Sequence record: SRR20825006_497
DNA length: 20,000 bases
Reading direction: 5' to 3' (one strand)
Below, piece by piece: positions 8,231 to 16,115 of this stretch. The translations under genes and the position numbers were made by a program. Under the pieces are notes generated by a model, which saw nothing but the letters and a program-made list of their open reading frames with translations, made no database searches and had not been told where the DNA came from. How positions within the stretch are numbered: the stretch's first letter is position 1; the number at the start of each line of letters is the position of its first letter.

Positions 8231-8608
8231 ATGCCCTATGCTTATGATGACCAGAATGTTTTCGCCAAAATCCTGCGCCAAGAGATCCCGGTCAGCCCGA
8301 TCTTTGAAAGCGACCATACATTGGCGTTCCCTGACATTTCGCCGCAAAGGGCGACGCATGTTTTGGTGATCCCCAAAGGGCCGTATCGCTGCTTTGATCA
8401 TTTCGTGCAGGCTGCCTCAGATGCCGAGCAGCTCGATTTTTTCAAATCGGTGGCGCAGATTGCCAAACAGCTTGGCGTGTCCGAGGCCTCTGGTGGTAAT
8501 GGCTATCGCTTGATCACCAATTCCGGCCCGGATTCGCATCAGGAAGTGCCGCATTTCCACATCCATCTTTTGGGTGGCGAACCCATCGGCCCACTGACCA
8601 GCCGCTGA
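8231..8608 (+). CDS. HIT-family nucleotide-binding protein (HinT/PKCI-like)
   Basis: YDDQNVFAKILRQEIP, AFPDISPQRATHVLVIPKG, GYRLITNSG, histidine triad QEVPHFHIHLLGG. GAGGA RBS before ATG 8231. Confidence 0.93.
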   Translation: MPYAYDDQNVFAKILRQEIPVSPIFESDHTLAFPDISPQRATHVLVIPKGPYRCFDHFVQAASDAEQLDFFKSVAQIAKQLGVSEASGGNGYRLITNSGPDSHQEVPHFHIHLLGGEPIGPLTSR

Positions 8609-8630
8609 TCCCACATGACCCAAAAATGAC

Positions 8631-8655
8631 AAAGCCCCGCAATTGCGGGGCTTTT
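8631..8655. terminator. Bidirectional intrinsic terminator
   Basis: AAAGCCCCGC-aatt-GCGGGGCTTTT between the convergent HIT and ABC genes. Confidence 0.88.
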
Positions 8656-8674
8656 GCGTTTTACGTGATCTCGC

Positions 8675-9607
8675 TTATTTTCCAGAGGTCAGTTCCACAA
8701 ACACATCCTCAAGATCAGGTTCCATCGTGCGCACATCCTCGATCACGATTCCCGCCGCCTTCACCGCATCCAAAATTGCATTGGCCGAGGTTTTGCCGCG
8801 CGAATAATCAAACACAAACGTGCCGTCCTTTTTGCGCTCCATCCGCACACCTTCCGGCAAATCAAACTGCGCCGGTGCCTCGCCTTGCGGTTCGATCAAA
8901 AGCGTCTTGGCGTCCATCAAGCCCAACAGATTTTTGGTCGTGTCGCGTTTGATCAATGCGCCGTGGTTGATGATGGCGATTTCGTCACACATCTCCTGCG
9001 CTTCTTCGAGGTAATGGGTGGTCAAAATGATGGTCATGCCGCGTTCCTCATTGAGGCGGCGCACATTGGTCCAAAGCATCTGACGCAGCTCAATATCCAC
9101 ACCCGCCGTTGGTTCGTCCAACACGAGAATTTGCGGATTGTGCACCAAAGCCTTGCCCAACAAAAGCCGTCGACGCATCCCGCCTGAGAGCGTGCGCGCA
9201 TAGGCGTCCGCCTTGTCGGTTAAGCCAATCAAATCAAGGATTTCATCCGAACGACGGTCCTTTTTTGGCACACCATATAATCCGGCCTGAACCTCCAAAG
9301 CGCCGCGTGGGGTGAAGAACGGATCAAGGTTCAACTCCTGCGGCATCACGCCGATGGCGGCGCGCGATTGCCGTGGGTTCACATCCTGATCAAAGCCCCA
9401 GATTTTGACCTTGCCCGAGGATTTGATCACCAGCCCGGCGAGGATATTGATCATCGTCGATTTGCCCGCGCCATTCGGCCCCAAAAGGCCAAAAATCGAC
9501 CCGCGCGGGATGGTCAAATCAATGCCCTTGAGCGCCTCTTTTGGCGGCTGACCCTTGCTGCCCTTGTAGGTCTTGCGCAGAGCCTCGATCTCAATCGCGT
9601 CGGTCAT
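8675..9607 (-). CDS. ABC-2 type transporter ATP-binding protein (YadG-like)
   Basis: Walker A GPNGAGKST, signature LSGGMRRR, Walker B ILVLDEPT, H-loop TTHYLEEA. ATG at 9607 with GGGAGAG upstream. Confidence 0.93.
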   Translation of the reverse strand: MTDAIEIEALRKTYKGSKGQPPKEALKGIDLTIPRGSIFGLLGPNGAGKSTMINILAGLVIKSSGKVKIWGFDQDVNPRQSRAAIGVMPQELNLDPFFTPRGALEVQAGLYGVPKKDRRSDEILDLIGLTDKADAYARTLSGGMRRRLLLGKALVHNPQILVLDEPTAGVDIELRQMLWTNVRRLNEERGMTIILTTHYLEEAQEMCDEIAIINHGALIKRDTTKNLLGLMDAKTLLIEPQGEAPAQFDLPEGVRMERKKDGTFVFDYSRGKTSANAILDAVKAAGIVIEDVRTMEPDLEDVFVELTSGK

Positions 9608-9650
9608 GGTCTCTCTCCCTTTTTGGCATGTCAGATAAAGCGGATGCCTC

Positions 9651-9678
9651 TTGTCCGCGCCGCACGGATCGTTATCAT
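9651..9678 (+). promoter_or_regulatory. Putative promoter TTGTCC-N16-TATCAT upstream of the zf-CHCC gene
   Basis: -35-like TTGTCC at 9651-9656 and -10-like TATCAT at 9673-9678. Confidence 0.35.
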
Positions 9679-9774
9679 GCTGACCTGACTTAGGCGGTTG
9701 GACGCGCTTCGGCAACAGCGCGGTGGTGCAGACCCCATGATTGGCGCCGCACATCCCCGCTCAGGTCGCATGAT
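9674..9774. ncRNA. Candidate structured RNA or inverted-repeat element (unassigned)
   Basis: ATCATGC(T)GACCTGA pairs with TCAGGTCGCATGAT and encloses two internal hairpins. Confidence 0.35.
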
Positions 9775-9808
9775 GCACGGCAAAACAGTCATAAAGGGAC
9801 AGACAAAC

Positions 9809-9991
9809 ATGGCGATCCAAGCCCCAGAAACCGAAGTGGTCTCCACCTGGAAAGTGGCCTGTGATGGCAGCGAAGGCGCTTTGGGTCACCCGCGTGTCTG
9901 GCTCGCAATCCCCCACGACACCGGCTATGTCGAATGCGGCTATTGCGACAAAAAATTCATCCATGAGAGCGCAAAACTCAAAGACGCTTGA
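9809..9991 (+). CDS. zf-CHCC zinc-finger protein (NDUFS6-like)
   Basis: [32 protein letters not shown]...[10 protein letters not shown] has the C-x8-H...C-x2-C pattern. AAAGGGA RBS. Confidence 0.92.
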   Translation: MAIQAPETEVVSTWKVACDGSEGALGHPRVWLAIPHDTGYVECGYCDKKFIHESAKLKDA

Positions 9992-10075
9992 AAGAGCGGC
10001 TCTTTTTGTATGTTTGCAATATCTTAAAGTCTTGCACCTAACCTCATCAGCGTATTGATGTGAAAGGCGTTCTTG

Positions 10076-10501
10076 GTGCTGGCAGTGAAACAAATCTCTT
10101 TGGTTCGAAACGATTTCCGGCGCCTCGCGCCGGTGCGACCGGAGATGTTCAAACGTTTTTATGAGCGACTGTTTGAAATCGCGCCTCACACGCGCGATCT
10201 CTATTCGGAAAGCCTGACGGAAGAAGCCATTCGCGTGAATGGTCTTCTCGAAATCGCTTTTCTCTCCCTCGATCATCCTCAGGCCATGTTTGCCACGCTA
10301 CACACCTTGGGACGCGATTTTTCCGGTTTTGGCATTTGGGAAACCCAATCGGACCTGGTCGTCGACTTGCTCGTTGAAGTGTTCGCTGAATTCGGGGGCC
10401 AAGACTGGGGATCGGAGCTTGAAAAGGCGTGGCATAGCGTGCTGAGCTTTATCGCCCAAGGGATGAAGGATGGGGTCGTGTCCAAAGGGGCAACCGCCTG
10501 A
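10076..10501 (+). CDS. Single-domain globin-fold protein lacking the proximal His (probable non-heme globin)
   Basis: QISLVRNDF, RFYERLFEIAPHTRDLY, LGRDFSGFGI and ELEKAW align by eye to M-family single-domain globins. GAAAGG RBS before GTG 10076; TTG 10073 is an alternative start. Confidence 0.8.
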   Translation: MLAVKQISLVRNDFRRLAPVRPEMFKRFYERLFEIAPHTRDLYSESLTEEAIRVNGLLEIAFLSLDHPQAMFATLHTLGRDFSGFGIWETQSDLVVDLLVEVFAEFGGQDWGSELEKAWHSVLSFIAQGMKDGVVSKGATA

Positions 10502-10631
10502 TTTTACCTTCGCGGTGCCCGATCTTCCTTTGAACCACCCTACAATCACAGAAAGACGCGTATCCGGGTTGCAGCCCCTCACGCTTTCCGTGTTATCAAG
10601 GCGCGGGATTTGCGATCAGAGGACACGCGTC

Positions 10632-13439
10632 ATGACATTCGGTAAAGGCAGCCATCTTCACCTCATTGACGGCTCTGCCTTCATATTCAGAGCCTATCAC
10701 GCGCTCCCTCCTCTGACGCGCAAATCCGATGGGCTTCCCGTCGGGGCCGTCGCCGGGTTTTGCAACATGCTCTACCGCTATATCGAGGCCAATACTGGCA
10801 ATGATGCGCCGACCCATGCCGCTGTTATCTTTGATTATTCCGGGAAAACCTTTCGCAACGACCTCTTCCCGGCCTATAAAGCCAACCGCCCCCCTGCCCC
10901 CGAAGAACTGGTGCCGCAATTCCCACTGACCCGCGAAGCCACCCGCGCGTTCAATGTATCTTGCATCGAAATCGAAGGGTTTGAAGCCGACGACATCATC
11001 GGCACCCTGTCCTGTCAGGCGCGCGAGGCCGGCGGGCGAGTCACCATCATTTCATCGGACAAAGATCTGATGCAATTGATCGGCGGTGGGGTTGAAATGC
11101 TCGACCCAATGAAAAACAAGCGCATTGACCGCGAGGGCGTCGAAGAAAAATTCGGCGTCGGTCCCGAACGGGTTGTGGACGTTCAGGCACTGGCCGGAGA
11201 TTCGGTGGATAACGTGCCCGGCGCGCCGGGGATCGGGATCAAAACGGCGGCGCTTTTGATCAATGAATATGGCGACCTAGACACGCTTTTGGCCCGCGCC
11301 GAAGAGATCAAACAACCCAAACGCCGTCAGGCCCTGATCGACAATGTCGACCAAATCCGCGTGTCGCGCGACCTGGTGAAACTCGATTGTGACATGGTCC
11401 TGGATTTCTCCCTCGACAGTCTGGAAGTACAAACCCCCAAGCTCGATGATCTCCTCGCTTTTCTCGCCAAAATGGAGTTCCGCACCATCATCAAACGCGT
11501 CTCCGAACGCTTTGGCGTCGAGGCCCCTGCGATCCCGGACGTTCCGGCCCCCGCCGCGGCCATGTCGGAGGCCCCGTCCGCGCCGAAACCCGTGCCGTTT
11601 GACACCGAAACCTATGAAAAAGTCTCGACCATGGGCGCGCTTGAGCGTTGGATCGACGCAATCTATGCCCGCGGCTATGTTGCCGTGGACACGGAAACCA
11701 CCAGCCTGGATGAGATGCAGGCCGAGTTGGTCGGCATCTCGCTTTGTGTCGAGCCGGGCACGGCTTGTTACATCCCCTTGGGTCACACGATTGGCGAAGA
11801 TGACCTGTTCGGCGGCTCGAACCTTGTCGATGGGCAATTGGCCAAATCCATGGTTCTGGACGCGTTGAAACCGGTTTTAGAGGACGACAGCATCCTCAAA
11901 ATCGGCCAGAATATGAAATATGATGCTAAGATTTTCGCCCGCAACGGCGTGACTGTCGCGCCCTATGACGACACCATGTTGATGTCTTATGCGCTCCACG
12001 CCGGTCTACACAATCACGGCATGGACACCCTGTCCGAGCGCTATCTGGACCATGTTCCGATCCCGACGAAAGAGCTTTTGGGCAGTGGCAAGTCCATGAT
12101 CACCTTTGACAAGGTCGAGATCAACAAAGCGGTCGCCTATGCCGCCGAAGATGCCGACGTCACCCTGCGCCTGTGGCAGGTGTTCAAATCGAAACTCCAC
12201 GCCGAACAGGTTACCACCGTCTACGAGACTCTGGAGCGCCCACTTTCGCCAGTTTTGGCGCAGATGGAAATGGCCGGGGTGATGGTGGACCGCGATGTGC
12301 TCTCGCGCATGTCCAACGCATTCGCGCAAAAGATGGCCGGGCTTGAGGCCGAAATTCACGACCTGGCGGGCGAAAATTTCAACGTCGGCTCCCCCAAGCA
12401 ATTGGGCGAAATCCTGTTTGATAAAATGTCCCTGCCCGGCGGCAAAAAAGGCAAAACCGGGGCCTATGCCACGGGTGTGGACATCCTCGAAGACCTCGCC
12501 TCCGAGGGTCATGACCTGCCCGCCCGTGTGCTGGATTGGCGTCAACTCTCAAAGCTGAAATCAACCTACACCGACGCGCTGCAACGGTTCATCAACCCTG
12601 AAACTGGCCGCGTTCACACCTCGTATGTGCAAACCGGAGCCGTGACCGGGCGTTTGTCCTCGACCGATCCGAACCTGCAAAACATCCCGGTGCGATCTGA
12701 CGAAGGCCGCCGCATTCGCGAGGCCTTTATTGCGCCGAAAGGCCGCAAATTGATCTCGCTCGATTACTCACAAATCGAATTGCGTATCCTCGCCCATGTC
12801 GCCGGGATCGACAGTCTCAAACAGGCGTTCCGTGACGGGTTGGACATTCATGCCATGACCGCAAGCGAGATGTTCGGTGTGCCGATTGAGGGCATGGACC
12901 CGATGGTCCGCCGCCAAGCCAAAGCGATCAATTTTGGCGTGATTTACGGCATTTCGGGCTTTGGACTTGCACGAAACCTGCGTATTCCCCGCAGCGAGGC
13001 ACAAGGCTTTATCGACCGATATTTCGAACGCTTCCCGGGCATTCGCGCCTATATGGACGACACCGTGGCTTTCGCCAAAGAGCACCTTTATGTCCAAACT
13101 CTGTTTGGCCGTAAAATCCATACGCCGGAGATCGCCACCAAAGGGCCGCAGGCCGGCTTTGCCAAACGCGCCGCGATCAACGCCCCGATCCAAGGTGCCG
13201 CCGCCGATATCATCCGCCGCGCCATGGTGCGGATGCCCGACGCCATCCGCGATCTGCCCGCCACCATGTTGTTGCAGGTCCACGATGAATTGATTTTCGA
13301 GGTCGATGAGGACGCCTGTGATCAGGTGATCGACGTGGTCAAAGATGTGATGAAAAACGCCGCCTACCCCGCCGTCGTACTTGATGTCCCGATTGAGGTG
13401 GATGCCGGTATTGGCAACAATTGGGCCGAAGCGCACTGA
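10632..13439 (+). CDS. polA: DNA polymerase I
   Basis: 5'-3' exo LIDGSAFIFRAYHA, EADD, DKD, GDSVDNVPG; 3'-5' exo DTETT, NMKYD, YAAEDAD; polymerase motifs DYSQIELR, KAINFGVIYG, QVHDE. AGAGGA RBS before ATG 10632. Confidence 0.98.
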   Translation: MTFGKGSHLHLIDGSAFIFRAYHALPPLTRKSDGLPVGAVAGFCNMLYRYIEANTGNDAPTHAAVIFDYSGKTFRNDLFPAYKANRPPAPEELVPQFPLTREATRAFNVSCIEIEGFEADDIIGTLSCQAREAGGRVTIISSDKDLMQLIGGGVEMLDPMKNKRIDREGVEEKFGVGPERVVDVQALAGDSVDNVPGAPGIGIKTAALLINEYGDLDTLLARAEEIKQPKRRQALIDNVDQIRVSRDLVKLDCDMVLDFSLDSLEVQTPKLDDLLAFLAKMEFRTIIKRVSERFGVEAPAIPDVPAPAAAMSEAPSAPKPVPFDTETYEKVSTMGALERWIDAIYARGYVAVDTETTSLDEMQAELVGISLCVEPGTACYIPLGHTIGEDDLFGGSNLVDGQLAKSMVLDALKPVLEDDSILKIGQNMKYDAKIFARNGVTVAPYDDTMLMSYALHAGLHNHGMDTLSERYLDHVPIPTKELLGSGKSMITFDKVEINKAVAYAAEDADVTLRLWQVFKSKLHAEQVTTVYETLERPLSPVLAQMEMAGVMVDRDVLSRMSNAFAQKMAGLEAEIHDLAGENFNVGSPKQLGEILFDKMSLPGGKKGKTGAYATGVDILEDLASEGHDLPARVLDWRQLSKLKSTYTDALQRFINPETGRVHTSYVQTGAVTGRLSSTDPNLQNIPVRSDEGRRIREAFIAPKGRKLISLDYSQIELRILAHVAGIDSLKQAFRDGLDIHAMTASEMFGVPIEGMDPMVRRQAKAINFGVIYGISGFGLARNLRIPRSEAQGFIDRYFERFPGIRAYMDDTVAFAKEHLYVQTLFGRKIHTPEIATKGPQAGFAKRAAINAPIQGAAADIIRRAMVRMPDAIRDLPATMLLQVHDELIFEVDEDACDQVIDVVKDVMKNAAYPAVVLDVPIEVDAGIGNNWAEAH

Positions 13440-13441
13440 TC

Positions 13442-13463
13442 TTCATTGTAGTCCAAATACTCA
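13442..13463 (+). repeat. Dispersed 3'-UTR motif, copy 1 (TTCATTGTAGTCCAAATACTCA)
   Basis: Near-identical to 18642-18662. Confidence 0.7.
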
Positions 13464-13464
13464 T

Positions 13465-13502
13465 AAAAACGGCGCGCGAGGGGCCTCCTGCGCGCCGTTT
13501 TT
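13465..13502. terminator. Bidirectional intrinsic terminator
   Basis: AAAAACGGCGCGC...GCGCGCCGTTTTT between polA and the convergent kinase gene. Confidence 0.9.
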
Positions 13503-13518
13503 GATCCGAAGTCAGGCT

Positions 13519-14505
13519 TTAGATCAGCCCTTCTTTTTGGAACAAGACCTTGAGGTCCGCCTCAGGGCGCGGGCCGATGTGGGAAATCACCTCGGCGGCG
13601 GCCACACAGCCCATCCGGCCACAGGTCGCAAGGCTTTGCCCGGTGGCGTAGCCATAAAGGAAGCCCGCCGCGAATTGATCGCCCGCCCCAGTGGTATCCA
13701 CCGGTTGCACGCGTTTGACCGGCACCACAGCCTCTTCATCGCCGCGCACCAACACCACGTCAGAGCCACCACGCGAACAGACCACGAGGCCACATTCGAA
13801 GGCTGCCAATTCCAAGGCCGTCGACAGGTCAGCCTGATAGAGACTTTCCCATTCATGTTCGTTGCCGATGACGAAATCCATCTCTTTGACAAAGGTCCGA
13901 AAATCATCACGGTGACGGTCCACACAGAACGGATCGGACAGAGAAATCCCAACCTTGCCGCCCGCCGCTTTGGTCAGTTTCGCGGCCTGGTCAAAGGCGT
14001 GTTTTCCCTTGGGTTTGTCGTAAAGATAGCCCTCAAGGAACATAATATCCGTGTCGCCCGCTGCGGTCTCGGTCACATCAGCCTCGGAAATTTCCGAAGA
14101 AATCCCCAAATAGGTGTTCATCGACCGCTCGCCATCCGGGGAGACGAAAATCATCGACCGTGAGGTCGGCAATTCACCACCCGGCACCGGCGCATTCACA
14201 AAGGCTGTGCCATCGGCCACCATCTCGGCGGCATAAAACCGTCCCAAAGCGTCGTCATGCACCCGCCCGATAAAGCCGGTTTTCAGCCCCAGCATACCCA
14301 GCCCCGCCAGAGTGTTGGCGACGGACCCCCCCGGCGTTTGAACCCGGTTTTCCATCGCGCCATAAAGCATTTCGCCGCGCTCGCGTTCGACAAGCTGCAT
14401 GATGCCTTTGTCGATCCCCATAAGGTCGAGGAAACTGTCATCGGCCTGGCTGATCACATCGACGATGGCGTTGCCGATACCGACAACCTGATAGGTTTTA
14501 GTCAA
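13519..14505 (-). CDS. Adenosine kinase (PfkB family)
   Basis: VVGIGNAIVDV, PGGSVANT, DGERSMNTYLG, FLEGYLYD, GNEHE, PfkB signature VDTTGAGDQFAAGFLYG. TTG start with GAGGAG RBS, overlapping the nth stop. Confidence 0.9.
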   Translation of the reverse strand: MTKTYQVVGIGNAIVDVISQADDSFLDLMGIDKGIMQLVERERGEMLYGAMENRVQTPGGSVANTLAGLGMLGLKTGFIGRVHDDALGRFYAAEMVADGTAFVNAPVPGGELPTSRSMIFVSPDGERSMNTYLGISSEISEADVTETAAGDTDIMFLEGYLYDKPKGKHAFDQAAKLTKAAGGKVGISLSDPFCVDRHRDDFRTFVKEMDFVIGNEHEWESLYQADLSTALELAAFECGLVVCSRGGSDVVLVRGDEEAVVPVKRVQPVDTTGAGDQFAAGFLYGYATGQSLATCGRMGCVAAAEVISHIGPRPEADLKVLFQKEGLI

Positions 14506-15148
14506 AATTTTTCTCCTCGAAGGCGCAGAGGTCTCGTATCAAACATGTGCTGCACAAAGGTTTACGCGCTTTGCAGGTGTAGCGTCCGTGCAGGATCATC
14601 CAGTGATGCGCGTGCTGTTGGAATTCGGCGGGGATGTGGTCCTCGATCGCGCGTTCGACCGCGACGACATCCTTGCCCACGGCCACGCCCGAACGATTGC
14701 CGAACCGAAAAATATGGGTGTCGACGGCTTGGGTTGGCACATGCCACCACATGTTCAACACCACATTGGCGGTTTTGCGGCCCACCCCCGGCAGGCTTTC
14801 AAGAGCGGCGCGCGACGAGGGCACCTCACCGTCATAGTCATCCACCAAAATTTGGCTCAGCTTGATGACATTCTTGGCCTTATTGCGATAGAGGCCGATG
14901 GTTTTGATATGTTCAATCAATCCCTCTTCGCCCAAATCGAGCATCTTTTGCGGCGTGTCGGCGATTTTGAACAGGGCATTTGTGGCCTTGTTGACACCTT
15001 TATCGGTCGCCTGCGCCGAAAGCGCCACGGCCACCACCAATGTATAGGCGTTGACGTGATCAAGCTCGCCTTTCGGCTCGGCCTCGGCGGTTTGGAACCG
15101 GGTGAAGATCTCTTTGATCGTGTGATACTCAAGCTGTTTCATGGGCAT
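14498..15148 (-). CDS. nth: Endonuclease III
   Basis: LVVAVALSAQATD, HhH motif LPGVGRKTANVVL, VDTHIFR, 4Fe-4S motif CKARKPLCSTCLIRDLC. Start is ATG 15148 or 15142. Confidence 0.96.
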   Translation of the reverse strand: MPMKQLEYHTIKEIFTRFQTAEAEPKGELDHVNAYTLVVAVALSAQATDKGVNKATNALFKIADTPQKMLDLGEEGLIEHIKTIGLYRNKAKNVIKLSQILVDDYDGEVPSSRAALESLPGVGRKTANVVLNMWWHVPTQAVDTHIFRFGNRSGVAVGKDVVAVERAIEDHIPAEFQQHAHHWMILHGRYTCKARKPLCSTCLIRDLCAFEEKNFD

Positions 15149-15319
15149 TCTAATGCCTTGTCGCGCCGCGCGGAGCAAGCCGTAGGTGACATGCGTGCAA
15201 TTTTCCTAAAATCAGATGAAAATACGCACAATTTAGAGCCTTTGAACGGGGGCGATTAATCCGGTCTTCAGGGTTTACTGAAAAACTCGCCCTAACTTGG
15301 CTGTTTCAGGATCACACAT

Positions 15320-16027
15320 ATGAACGCTTTCGCGGATATGAGCCCTTTTGCGGGAATGGGGATGACGGAGGCGGAGCTTTTGTCCGATGAGTCCCCGATG
15401 CCAGATCACGAAACACGGAGCGGTCCCAAATCTCTTTCGGGATTTGGCCCCGGCGTGATGATTGAAACCAGCGAAGGTCCGCAACCCGTCGAATGGCTAC
15501 GCCCCGGCGATCTGTTGTTGACGCGCGATCACGGCTATCAACCGCTCCTTTGGGTCGGGAGAAGTGCGTTGGATGAGGCCCATGTCACCAAGCCTCTGCG
15601 CATTTTCGCGGGCGCTCTGGGCGAACACGCCCCGGAACGCGATCTGATCCTGTCGCCGGATCATCATATTCTCCTGAGCGCACCGCAAATTGAACTTTAT
15701 TTTGCCGAAGCCGAAGTGTTTGTTCCCGTTTCCGACATCGCCACCGAAGCGGAGGCCGCCTATGCGATTCCCCATCCGGAATATGCCTATTGCCATCTTC
15801 TCATGAAGGCGCATGAGGTGCTTTTGGCCGAAGGCGTTTGGATCGAAAGCCTGTTTGCGGATGAACGAACCCTATCCATGCTTCCCTCTGAAACCGTAAT
15901 GAGCCTCCTCACAAAACTCGGACCAAACCACCGGAACACCGAAACAGCGCGCATGATGCTCAAACGAGGCGAAGCTCTCGCGTTGCAACCGCGTTCTGCC
16001 ATCGCAGCACGTCGCATAGCCGCCTAG
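15320..16027 (+). CDS. Stand-alone Hint-domain (Hint_2/BIL-like) protein, catalytic Cys absent
   Basis: GFGPGVMIETSEGPQPVEWLRPGDLLLTRDHGYQPLLWVG, PLRIFAGALG..PERDLILSPDH, YCHLLMKAHEVLLAEGVWIESL. CAGGA RBS. Confidence 0.88.
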   Translation: MNAFADMSPFAGMGMTEAELLSDESPMPDHETRSGPKSLSGFGPGVMIETSEGPQPVEWLRPGDLLLTRDHGYQPLLWVGRSALDEAHVTKPLRIFAGALGEHAPERDLILSPDHHILLSAPQIELYFAEAEVFVPVSDIATEAEAAYAIPHPEYAYCHLLMKAHEVLLAEGVWIESLFADERTLSMLPSETVMSLLTKLGPNHRNTETARMMLKRGEALALQPRSAIAARRIAA

Positions 16028-16115
16028 GCGCCCGGATCATCGGCGTTTCACCAAGTTTCGGGTCGGCAGAGACGCGCTAAGGCGCTAAGGTTTGACCGTT
16101 ACCCTCTGATCTTGG

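Noticed and set aside
8675..9607. ABC ATPase without an adjacent permease as a novel system
   Set aside because: All motifs are canonical, and split ABC-2 ATPase/permease loci are common; the partner is probably elsewhere.
10632..13439. Intein or degenerate proofreading domain in polA
   Set aside because: Length is normal (~935 aa), Exo I-III acidic residues are intact, and the only insert is an Ala/Pro linker.
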